Shown: positions 19,822 through 28,240, numbered from the stretch's first letter. The stretch: 64,000 nt of DNA from Parcubacteria group bacterium GW2011_GWC1_36_108 (GCA_000991245.1 LBRD01000002.1:108141-172140), one strand, 5' to 3'. A program made the numbers and translations. The notes: a model not told the origin generated them from the letters alone.

Positions 19822-21045
19822 CTATTTCATTTTCAAGTTGGCATTTGGCTGAATTGTTTTCCAACCATCAAGTGCTTTTTTCTTTTGTGCTTCTGTCATT
19901 TTTTCCCAGCGAAAAGCTGCTGCAGCTGCAATCATAGCGGCGTTGTCGCCAGTCAGGTTTATAGGTGGTAGGTGGTAGGTTGTAGTTGGTAGGGATTTAG
20001 AAATAGCTTTGCCGAGTTGCTCGCGAAGTTCAGTATTAGCACTTACGCCACCTGCCAATAAAATTGTTTTTGGCTTGTAAATCTCGGCAGCCTTAATAGT
20101 TTTTGAAACAAGTACATCAATACAAGCCTGCTGAAATTCATGACAGATTTCAGGAATCAGTAACTCGTAACTCGTAACTGGTAACTTTTCTTGTAATTTT
20201 TTTGTTTCATATAACACAGCAGTCTTGAGTCCAGAGAAAGAAAAATTAAAATTCTTCTTATGCAGCATCGGGCGAGGGAAAATCAGCTTTTTAGGCATTA
20301 GCTTCTTAGCTTCATCGAATTCATAATTTTGTTTGGAAGTTGAGTTATTGGATTTTGTTTGGAAATTGGAAATTGGAAATTGGAAATTCGCAGCTTGCTG
20401 CGCAACCTTCGGTCCTCCCGGATAGCCGATGCCGAGAATGCGTGCAACTTTGTCAAAAGCTTCACCAACTGCATCATCCACGGTTTGTCCGATTATTTCA
20501 TATTGCAAATGATCCTTCATCAAAACGAGCTGAGTATGACCACCGCTGACAACAAGCGCCAAAATTGGAAATTCAATGTAGGTTCTAGGAATTAGGTTGT
20601 AGGAATTAGGTTTTTGTTTTTTATTTGCTAAATCCTCATTCCTAACTCCTAATTCCTGAGTTTCGATAAAGTTGGCATATATGTGTCCTTCGATGTGGTG
20701 AATCCCAATCAGGGGCTTTTCCCAGAGATAGGAAAGGGTTTTGGCATAGTTAACCCCTACTAGAAGCGCAGGAATAAGCCCAGGACCGCTTGTGACACTG
20801 ATTGCATCCAACTGGCTTGGCGTTATTTGCGCTTCTTCCAGGGCCATTTTTAGAAGCTTGGGAAAGTTTTTTAAGTGTTCTCTGGCAGCAAGATTTGGCA
20901 CAACACCGCCCCATTTGGCGTGTAACTTTACTTGAGATGAAACTTGATTTGTAAGAATCTCAAGCCCCTTTTTTGAACTACGCAAAATAGCGATAGCTGT
21001 TTCATCGCAGGATGTTTCTATAGAAAGTATTAGGGTATTTGACAT
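19822..21045 (-). CDS. tsaD: tRNA threonylcarbamoyltransferase TsaD, with four in-frame heptamer-repeat tracts
   Basis: LSIETSCDET, GPGL, HHIEGH, VSGGHT, DDAVGEAFDK, FSFSGLKT, GGVSAN, DNAAMIA; start at ATG 21045. Confidence 0.96.
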   Translation of the reverse strand: MSNTLILSIETSCDETAIAILRSSKKGLEILTNQVSSQVKLHAKWGGVVPNLAAREHLKNFPKLLKMALEEAQITPSQLDAISVTSGPGLIPALLVGVNYAKTLSYLWEKPLIGIHHIEGHIYANFIETQELGVRNEDLANKKQKPNSYNLIPRTYIEFPILALVVSGGHTQLVLMKDHLQYEIIGQTVDDAVGEAFDKVARILGIGYPGGPKVAQQAANFQFPISNFQTKSNNSTSKQNYEFDEAKKLMPKKLIFPRPMLHKKNFNFSFSGLKTAVLYETKKLQEKLPVTSYELLIPEICHEFQQACIDVLVSKTIKAAEIYKPKTILLAGGVSANTELREQLGKAISKSLPTTTYHLPPINLTGDNAAMIAAAAAFRWEKMTEAQKKKALDGWKTIQPNANLKMK

Positions 21046-21150
21046 AAATATGATATTATTGTAGTATTCAACTTCCAATAAATGGCCTTGGGACACAATA
21101 ATTTTCAGACGTTTCGCGTAGTAGTAATAATCGTTAAGCGATTTTACCAT

Positions 21151-21918
21151 ATGGCAACGAAAATGAAAAGTCTAACCAAAGGGTCAGATTCTCGCAAGAC
21201 TTTGCCAGAATCAAGTACGCAAGCTAACCTTTTTCGTCGTGAAACAGATTTACCCTGGAAGTCCTCTGCTAATCAATCATTGTTAGAAAAAAGTCCAATA
21301 CAACAAAGCGATTCTATTTTTTTCAGAAGAAGTTCTGATTTGGATCGCTTAAAGAATCTGGAGGATAGTGAACTTATCATTATTATACATACGCAAAATA
21401 GGGAGGCCTACAAAGAACTTTTTGCTCGTTATCAAAAAAAACTTTTTGTTTACATTTATCACTTGGTTGGTAACAGAGATGAAACAGAAGATATTTTGCA
21501 AAATGTTTTTTCTAAGACTTATAAAAGCATTGATAATTTTGACACCACCCGAAAATTTTCTTCCTGGATATATCGCATCGCACACAATGAGTCAGTGAAT
21601 TTTTTGAAGCGAAAAAGCAAGAGATATACAGTTTCTTGGGATGATATTTCAACAAGCAAGGACAAATTGGACACAGCAACAAATGAAGAACGACCTGAAG
21701 AAAAAATGGAGCATCAAGAAATCGTGAAAGAAATAGACTATGCTTTGAAAAAAATTCCTGCAAGGTATCAAAAAGTTTTGCAGATGCGATATTTCAATGA
21801 ATATTCTTACGAAGAAATTGGAAAAATCCTCAAAAAACCCGTTAACACAGTCGGAACACTCATCAATAGAGCCAAAAAGAAGCTGCTGGAGGTGGTGCAG
21901 GAAGAGGGAAAGAAATAA
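21151..21918 (+). CDS. ECF-type sigma-70 factor with long N-terminal extension
   Basis: Region 2 (EDILQNVF, FSSWIYRIAHN) and region 4 (YSYEEIGKIL, TVGTLINRAK); start at ATG 21151. Confidence 0.9.
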   Translation: MATKMKSLTKGSDSRKTLPESSTQANLFRRETDLPWKSSANQSLLEKSPIQQSDSIFFRRSSDLDRLKNLEDSELIIIIHTQNREAYKELFARYQKKLFVYIYHLVGNRDETEDILQNVFSKTYKSIDNFDTTRKFSSWIYRIAHNESVNFLKRKSKRYTVSWDDISTSKDKLDTATNEERPEEKMEHQEIVKEIDYALKKIPARYQKVLQMRYFNEYSYEEIGKILKKPVNTVGTLINRAKKKLLEVVQEEGKK

Positions 21919-21946
21919 AAATCTCCGCATTAAAGCGGAGATTTTT
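21917..21946 (+). terminator. Terminator after sigma factor gene
   Basis: AAAAATCTCCGC-ATTAAA-GCGGAGATTTTT. Confidence 0.8.
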
Positions 21947-22036
21947 GTTTAGTTTTGAAAATTTTTTAAAAATAAAAACAGCCTCACTCGATTTCTCGAC
22001 GTGAGGCTGGATAATTTTCAACTATTCATTTTATTC

Positions 22037-22786
22037 TTAATCTTCAAGGATAAATGCCAAATCTGCTACGTAGGAAGCCTTTAAAAGCGCTTCCAAGCAA
22101 TAATCAAGCTCAGCTTGGTTATCCTCCTTTTCCAGTGCATAGCCGAACCATTTTCTGGCTTCGGCTATATATCCATCAACAAGGAGCTGCAACATTTCCT
22201 CTGCTGAAGAGTCAATGTCTTCGAAACTCGCATCGGCTTTTTCCAATGCTTGTATAGAGAAGTTAATGTTATTTTCATTGTTATCGCTTCTGTTACGCGC
22301 ATATCCCAACCAGAGCTTTGCTTCGGCGACGTAGCCGTCAGTGAGAAGTTCTTGAAGTTCTTCTTCAGAAGTTCCGATTGAAGCTGGTGTTGCGTCAGCT
22401 TTTGCAAGTGCTTCGTGGACATACTTGATATTGTGTTTGTTGTCAGCCAGGCGATTGCGCGCATGCTCCAACCAACGCTTGGCTTCGGCAAGGTAACCTT
22501 TCGTTAAAAGCTGTGAAATCTCTTTTTCGGAAGTCCCAATGAATTTAAGAGTCACATCAGCTTTTTCTACGGCTTCTCGGATATATCTGATAGCCGCCGT
22601 GTTGTCCCCAAAAGGTTTCCTGGCTATTTCCAACCACCGTTTTGCTTCTGATACATCTTGTTGCTGTTTAACTTCAATGTCATTGCTGACTGAAGTTATT
22701 GTGATGTCGGTGTTATTGTCGGCAAATGCCGGACAAGTGAAAAGCAGACTTGCGAAAACGATTGTGATGTTAAGGATCTGTTTCAT
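22037..22786 (-). CDS. Secreted protein with about 3.5 tandem 54-aa helical repeats (orphan, SD-led)
   Basis: GAGGAG 7 nt before ATG 22786; signal peptide ending PAFA; repeat AEAKxWLxxAR...ALxKAD...IGTSEEE..LL..GY. Confidence 0.85.
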   Translation of the reverse strand: MKQILNITIVFASLLFTCPAFADNNTDITITSVSNDIEVKQQQDVSEAKRWLEIARKPFGDNTAAIRYIREAVEKADVTLKFIGTSEKEISQLLTKGYLAEAKRWLEHARNRLADNKHNIKYVHEALAKADATPASIGTSEEELQELLTDGYVAEAKLWLGYARNRSDNNENNINFSIQALEKADASFEDIDSSAEEMLQLLVDGYIAEARKWFGYALEKEDNQAELDYCLEALLKASYVADLAFILED

Positions 22787-22852
22787 GTTGTATCTCCTCT
22801 TGAGTTTATTTTCCATTGGACAGTTCCAATTGGATAAATCTTACAACTGTCC

Positions 22853-22881
22853 ATATTAGCATATTTTTATGTAACTGTCAA
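22853..22881 (-). promoter_or_regulatory. Sigma70 promoter of repeat-protein gene
   Basis: TTGACA-17 nt-TAATAT on the minus strand. Confidence 0.65.
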
Positions 22882-23068
22882 TGGTAATATTTAAAAAATG
22901 CCTTTAGAAAGCCTTTTCTTGGTGATTGTAATGCCTAAGTGCGCGTCGCAAGTTCGTCGACACTCACTTGTTCCTTGTCCGCGGCAGAGCTGAATGCTCC
23001 TATGGTCGCATTCATCTACGCACGCTGCGTTTACTTTCTGCTGAAAGCCAATTTGTTTCACTTCTGCC

Positions 23069-23088
23069 GGTCCGATTCCCCTTGGCGC
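23069..23088 (+). repeat. Inverted copy of the tRNA-Glu 3' end
   Basis: GGTCCGATTCCCCTTGGCGC is the exact reverse complement of 28171-28190. Confidence 0.95.
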
Positions 23089-23094
23089 CAATAC

Positions 23095-23126
23095 GCAAAA
23101 ACTCCAGATAAATCTGGAGTTTTTGT
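23095..23126. terminator. Hairpin, probably the original tRNA-Glu terminator displaced by integration
   Basis: CAAAAACTCCAGA-TAAA-TCTGGAGTTTTTG immediately left of the att core at 23129. Confidence 0.75.
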
Positions 23127-23334
23127 ACTTGGTAGCCCAAGTTAGAAATTCTTGGAACCAGCTTATTAGTGAGCTTAATGAGTGGGCTATGTTTAGGAGA
23201 CGGGAAATGTGTGCTGAAAATATGGCTCAGATTGGCGTATAACATTTCTTACCGTATCTGCCATTAAAGAATGAAACCATATATAAACCCCGTCTGACAT
23301 ACACAGGCGGGGTAATTAAATGGGATAAATTTTT

Positions 23335-23817
23335 TTACGTGTGTAATTTATGTATTAAACCCGTATCGAGAAGACGAATAGACATTGCTTGCTCACTGAC
23401 TTCGAACTTTTTTGCGAGCTGGTTAATTCCAATTTTTCCCGAGTGCTCCTTAATTTCTTTCTCAATAAATTGTTTTGGCATTAGTAATTCTGATGCGAAT
23501 TTATTTGCCTCCTTCTCCTTGTTTATTGGCTTATCAAATCTATCATCAACAATTGTATGGTCATCGTGTCCCATTAAAAAATGTCCTAGCTCGTGTGCAA
23601 GTGTAAAACGTTGTCTTACCTTGGGATGGTTTTGATTAACGCCAATAAATGTCATTCCTTCCTTGTGCATTATCATCCCGGAAACATTGTCAGGAAAATC
23701 TGGGTATGGAACAACTTGTATGTTGAATAATGCAGCCACTTCTTCAAGGGGCACAGGCAACTTTTCTAGTCCAATTTTAGCAATAATTGTATTAACTTTT
23801 TCTGAAATACCTTCCAT
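23335..23817 (-). CDS. ImmA/IrrE-family metallopeptidase
   Basis: RQRFTLAHELGH (HExxH), EKEANKFASELLMP, C-terminal HTH LAKKFEVS. Confidence 0.93.
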   Translation of the reverse strand: MEGISEKVNTIIAKIGLEKLPVPLEEVAALFNIQVVPYPDFPDNVSGMIMHKEGMTFIGVNQNHPKVRQRFTLAHELGHFLMGHDDHTIVDDRFDKPINKEKEANKFASELLMPKQFIEKEIKEHSGKIGINQLAKKFEVSEQAMSIRLLDTGLIHKLHT

Positions 23818-24134
23818 TATTTTTTGTTTATGTTTGACTTTGCATACTTAAAAAAATCAGCCGTTAGTTTATCGTAGTTGCACTCAGGGTCAAGACTGCT
23901 TGCATCCGCCCTAAATTGAACCATTGTGCTGTCATTAGAAAAATAATTTTCTCCAAGGTTGAATGTTTGAATTAGTTTATGCAGTGATTCGCCACTTAAG
24001 ACGCGGGCGCCCTTCTCAACGTACGAAATATAGGACTCAGAAAGACCTAGGGTTGTCCCTAGTTCGTGCTGTTTAAGTCCTTTTTCTTTTCTAAGTTGTC
24101 TGATTTTTTTACCTACAGAAGATTCTATATTCAT
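23817..24134 (-). CDS. XRE-family HTH transcriptional regulator
   Basis: IRQLRKEKGLKQHELG...SYISYVEKG; translationally coupled to the peptidase. Confidence 0.92.
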   Translation of the reverse strand: MNIESSVGKKIRQLRKEKGLKQHELGTTLGLSESYISYVEKGARVLSGESLHKLIQTFNLGENYFSNDSTMVQFRADASSLDPECNYDKLTADFFKYAKSNINKK

Positions 24135-24415
24135 ATGTACTTACATTTTTACACACTGTTAAACTACTGTCAAGTCTTGACACTACCCATACAATTTAAA
24201 TGCCCTTATAGAGCCATTAGGAGCTAGCGGTGTACTTATTGATTTAAACGTTTTTGTTCTAGAATAAGGCAATATTTTAAAATTCTTGACAAACTTGACC
24301 AAGCTACTATAATGAGGGGTAGGTCGAAACTTTTCCCAGTCCTTATTTTTCTCCTTATTAAGCCACTGGATATAATTTTAAAAAAGAGAACACAATTCGG
24401 GGGAAAATTGTAAAT

Positions 24416-24946
24416 ATGGCAATGAAATCCAAGTATGAAAAAGAAAAACTAAAAGCAAAAAATAAATATTTTTCCATTGGCAAGGTTTTTAACCCTGCTT
24501 TTGCAAAAGATATATATTTCAATGCTCAAGGCTTCAACCACCTTGTTTACGGTAAAGGTAATATGATGAGGAGTAAAGAGCAGCAGTTAGCCAGATTCAG
24601 GCTTTTAGATAAAGCAGTTGGGCTCATATCAAGCAATGAAGTGTTTAAGTTGAGCAAAACAGCAGACAGAGAAAAGCTTAAAAAAGGTATAAAGAAAATT
24701 AGCATTGAAAAACAATGGTGCTGTGACGGTGAGAAAAATGGCTCTGGTTTCAGGGTTATTTTGAGACAAAGGGACAATGGCAATATTCATTTTTTGAGTG
24801 TCATACCTCTTGGAAAAACTCAGACAGCATATTATCCATTCGCTTCATTGTTAGCTGCAATCCCAAATTTGCTATTTAAACGGCCTGAGCCGGCTCTTGA
24901 AACCGTAGAAATTAGTGAAGTTGAGACTGAAAATGAACCTGAATAA
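24416..24946 (+). CDS. Hypothetical basic protein, possibly a RelE/barnase-like (BECR) nuclease
   Basis: IYFNAQGFNHL...RFRLL and FRVILRQRDNGNIHFLSVIP patterns resemble BECR-fold proteins (recollection, unverified). Has its own promoter region and terminator (24954-24979). Confidence 0.55.
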   Translation: MAMKSKYEKEKLKAKNKYFSIGKVFNPAFAKDIYFNAQGFNHLVYGKGNMMRSKEQQLARFRLLDKAVGLISSNEVFKLSKTADREKLKKGIKKISIEKQWCCDGEKNGSGFRVILRQRDNGNIHFLSVIPLGKTQTAYYPFASLLAAIPNLLFKRPEPALETVEISEVETENEPE

Positions 24947-25325
24947 ATATAAAAAAAAGCCGCCTAAAGCGGTTTTTTTCTATGCTTGCCTTCAATTAAA
25001 CTTGAAAAAGGCTTTCGCCTCACAAGCACATTCCTATAGTATCCCATAGTTAGTACTCTGTCAACAGAATTATATTCCCAAAGAGACATCTCGACAGAGT
25101 TGTTTTTTTATTGATTTTATTGTAAATTACATATGCAACGTCCAATTTAATAGGCTCTGTCTTTCTATGGATAGAAGTAAGGTTGTGCTCGAAAATGGCA
25201 ATCTTACTAAAACAATTTGGCATAACCTGCTTAATTGGGCGTTGCAACCAGTAAGGTTGCCTTTTTTTATATCCAAAATTGCGACTTTGGTGGGGTATTT
25301 TTCTAATAATTTTTCAATAAACTAT

Positions 25326-25688
25326 ATGAAAGAACTATCCATTGTCGAAAAAATAACAAGTGATTTTTCTCAGGGCGTAAGCATATCAGTAATACTATTC
25401 ATAATTGGCGCGGCGTTTATTTTTAGCAGCCCACTGATAGGATTATTTTTATTAGTATCCGCATTTTTCATATACTCAAAAACATTAAGTAAATGGGGTC
25501 GAATTGAAAAGATGACCTCTAGCGTCTGGAGTGGAGTTAAGACGGCAGCAGTATTATTAGTGGTTGGAATGGTGCCCGGGATAATTCTCGAACTTATTTT
25601 TAAACCATTAGCACTGGGGTATTTCTTCTTTGTGATTGCAGCTGTTTATATTTTTTCTAAATCAATAACAAGGCGATGGAAAAAGTAA
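25326..25688 (+). CDS. Four-TM hypothetical membrane protein
   Basis: Hydrophobic helices after MKELSIVEK; ATG 25326 preferred over the ORF-track start. Confidence 0.7.
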   Translation: MKELSIVEKITSDFSQGVSISVILFIIGAAFIFSSPLIGLFLLVSAFFIYSKTLSKWGRIEKMTSSVWSGVKTAAVLLVVGMVPGIILELIFKPLALGYFFFVIAAVYIFSKSITRRWKK

Positions 25689-25945
25689 AGAAAGAATCGT
25701 TAGATGAAAAAGTTAAAAAGTACATCCTTATTTTTATGGCTGGTATGTTTGAGTTGGTGGCTTTAGATTTTTTTGCTGGAGCTAACGGCATCATTATTAT
25801 CAAGGATGACGGTCCACAATGGCCTTTCTATTTACTTGCTACAGTAGCGGGCATATTTCTATACATAGCCTTTAGGACCGGGGTTAAGCAAGGTTATGAG
25901 GATGGATTTACTGATGGAGAAAAATACAAGAATATTACATATTGA
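25676..25945 (+). CDS. Two-TM hypothetical membrane protein
   Basis: 89 aa, two hydrophobic helices, overlaps the upstream stop. Confidence 0.7.
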   Translation: MEKVKKESLDEKVKKYILIFMAGMFELVALDFFAGANGIIIIKDDGPQWPFYLLATVAGIFLYIAFRTGVKQGYEDGFTDGEKYKNITY

Positions 25946-26501
25946 ATGCACTTACAATATGTGCCCGTCTGACAAGGGACACCGTCTGACATTATATTGC
26001 AAATCGTTTGTCAGCTTGTATTTATTTAATGCACGAAAATCAATCCATCAAAGGCTTATTCCAAAAGAGTTAGCTTCTTTTTTTTATCAGATTGTTATTG
26101 TTCTACTGTCTGACACAAACATTCCAATAAAAGCACACAAACAGTCGGTACTTGCTAGCCGGCACTGTTGCTGAGATTTATTTTTTTATTCAAGTTGAAT
26201 TGATTTCAAAAATGTGCAGACTTTCGAGGGGGTGGTAGGGGTGGAGCTAAACTTTTGGTCTTGGCACACGTGTTGTATACCGTTTCTGGCGATTATGATT
26301 TTGGAATTCAACTGTCTGACATTGACAAGTGGCAATTTTTCTGCTAAGTTAATGATAACAATTTAAGAGTAGTTAGCTTCACTTTCTAGACACTCACCCT
26401 CAAAAGTCACCCTCTAGAGTACTCAAGCCTGAAAATGTTTTTTCGAAAATATTCTCAGACTCGATTACTCTTTTTTGTTTCTTGTTTTTAACTCGAAACA
26501 A

Positions 26502-26654
26502 ATGTTTACTACTGAGAAGTGTTGTCGAATTGAGCCATCATTGAAGAATCTTTCCGAAGAAGAGGTTATTTTGGTTGAGGAAAATTATCGTGAAATGGTG
26601 AGACTTGCAATAGAAAGCTTCAAGAAAAATAAAAAGGGTTCCAAAAATCCCTGA
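26502..26654 (+). CDS. 50-aa small protein directly upstream of the recombinase
   Basis: Manual translation MFTTEKCCRIEPSLKNLSEEEVILVEENYREMVRLAIESFKKNKKGSKNP; below the ORF-track cutoff. Confidence 0.6.
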   Translation: MFTTEKCCRIEPSLKNLSEEEVILVEENYREMVRLAIESFKKNKKGSKNP

Positions 26655-26694
26655 TGGGTATTGTTGAATATTTACACGAGCGTACTATATAAAT

Positions 26695-28206
26695 ATGGAA
26701 ACAGAAAAAACAGGCATCATCTATTGCAGAGTATCCTCAAAAGACCAAGTTGAAGGTACTAGCTTGGGCAGCCAAGAAAGGTTTTGCAAAGAATATGCAG
26801 AACGTAATGGTATTAGGATTTTAAAAATATACATTGAGCTTGGTGAATCAGCAAAAACAGCTAACCGAACAGAATTTAATAAGGCCTTAGCATTTTGTAG
26901 TGACAAAAAGAATAATGTCACTTTTTTTGTTGTTTATAAGCTAGATAGGTTTGCACGAAATCAAGAAGACCACGTTATGGTTCGAGCTTTATTAAAAAAG
27001 GCGGGTACTGATTTACGTTCAGTTACGGAAACAATAGACGAATCGCCAGTTGGGAAAGCGATGGAGGGTATGATTTCTGTTTTTGCGGAATTAGACAATA
27101 ATATGAGAACGGAAAGAACTAAGCAGGGTATGCTGGAACGCTTAAAACAAGGCTTCTGGAACTGGCAAGCACCCCTAGGCTACTATCGACCTTACAAGGG
27201 TTCAAATATTGTACCTGACCCTCAAAAGAGCGGGTTTATACGACTTGGTTTTGAAGAATATTCCAAAGGCACATACACTTATGAAAAAATTGCACTGTTT
27301 CTGTCAGACAGAGGTTTAAGGACAAAACAAAACAAAAACCCATCAACCGCCCTTATGCAAAAAATACTTACTAATCCTATTTATTATGGGTATATTGATG
27401 TTTGGGGTGGACATAAAGGAGCCTTCGAACCTATTATTTCAGAAAACTTGTTTAGAAAGTGCCAACCTGACTATATGAAGTCGGCGCACGCAGCACCAAG
27501 GTCAGCAAACAACCCCTTATTTCCCTTGAGAAAATTAGTTATTTGCGATGAATGTGGGGCTTCACTCACTGGCAGTACATCAAGAAATAGGCACGGTTCA
27601 AAATATCCATACTATCATCACCAGCACGCTGGTTGTAAAAAAACAAGGTCAATCCCAAAAGAATCATTCGAACAGCAATTTGTTGAATATCTGGACAGTA
27701 TCTCTCCCGGTATTAAATATGAAAAACTATTCAAAGCTATCGTTTTGGATGAATGGCAAAATGGCTACAAAAAGATAGACAACGAAAATGCACAAATAAG
27801 AAGAGACATAACTTCATTAGAAGCTGAACGCCAAAAAGTCTTCGATTTTCATCGTGCAGGAAAGTATACCGATGATGACCTATTTGAGCAAAAAAAACTA
27901 ATCGAGGATAGGATAAGTCAAAAGCACGCCCTCATACAAGACAAGAGATATGAGGAGTTTGAAATGAATGAGGTGCTTGAATATTGTTTTTCCTATGTTC
28001 GAACCTCTGCAAAATCGTGGATTGAGGCTGATTATGCAACAAAACTAAGTTTTCAAAAGTTAATCTTTGCAGATAGCATAAAATATGATGGTGAGAAATT
28101 TGGAACCCCTGATTTAAGGCTCCTATATACGATAAATCAGCACTCGCGTGCTGATAAATCTTCTTTGGTAGCGCCAAGGGGAATCGGACCCCTGTTACCA
28201 GGATGA
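26695..28206 (+). CDS. Large serine recombinase (resolvase + recombinase + zinc-ribbon domains)
   Basis: Catalytic YCRVSSKDQ, VYKLDRFARN, APLGY, ILTNPIYYG, CDECG zinc ribbon, coiled coil; last codons lie antisense to tRNA-Glu. Confidence 0.96.
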   Translation: METEKTGIIYCRVSSKDQVEGTSLGSQERFCKEYAERNGIRILKIYIELGESAKTANRTEFNKALAFCSDKKNNVTFFVVYKLDRFARNQEDHVMVRALLKKAGTDLRSVTETIDESPVGKAMEGMISVFAELDNNMRTERTKQGMLERLKQGFWNWQAPLGYYRPYKGSNIVPDPQKSGFIRLGFEEYSKGTYTYEKIALFLSDRGLRTKQNKNPSTALMQKILTNPIYYGYIDVWGGHKGAFEPIISENLFRKCQPDYMKSAHAAPRSANNPLFPLRKLVICDECGASLTGSTSRNRHGSKYPYYHHQHAGCKKTRSIPKESFEQQFVEYLDSISPGIKYEKLFKAIVLDEWQNGYKKIDNENAQIRRDITSLEAERQKVFDFHRAGKYTDDDLFEQKKLIEDRISQKHALIQDKRYEEFEMNEVLEYCFSYVRTSAKSWIEADYATKLSFQKLIFADSIKYDGEKFGTPDLRLLYTINQHSRADKSSLVAPRGIGPLLPG

Positions 28207-28240
28207 AAACCTGGTGTCCTAACCACTAGACGATGGCGCC
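28166..28240 (-). tRNA. tRNA-Glu(TTC) with encoded CCA
   Basis: GGCGCCATCGTCTAGTGGTTAGGACA-CCAGG-TTTTCAT-CCTGG-TAAC-AGGGG-TCCGATT-CCCCT-TGGCGCTACCA. Confidence 0.95.

Larger units (their letters stand above)
23129..28172. mobile_element. About 5.0 kb serine-recombinase integrative element at the tRNA-Glu 3' end
   Basis: Direct repeat TTGGTAGC(G)CCAAG at 23129 and 28165. Recombinase abuts the tRNA. Removing the segment rejoins the tRNA to its terminator. Confidence 0.8.

Noticed and set aside
22891-23091. Possible tmRNA or split tRNA on the + strand ending in GGTCCGATTCCCCTTGGCGCCA (also a 66-aa minus-strand ORF)
   Set aside because: No matching 5' acceptor strand upstream, the T-stem cannot form, and there is no Ala identity or tag ORF. 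It is better explained as an inverted tRNA-Glu fragment, and the ORF is a by-product.
25896-26174. 92-aa ORF in the island
   Set aside because: Overlaps the upstream gene in another frame and has atypical composition; no support.
26652-26694. TGA read-through (genetic code 25) in the small ORF before the recombinase
   Set aside because: Several genes end at TGA (SOD, esterase, PrsW-like), and long core genes have no in-frame TGA, so code 11 fits.
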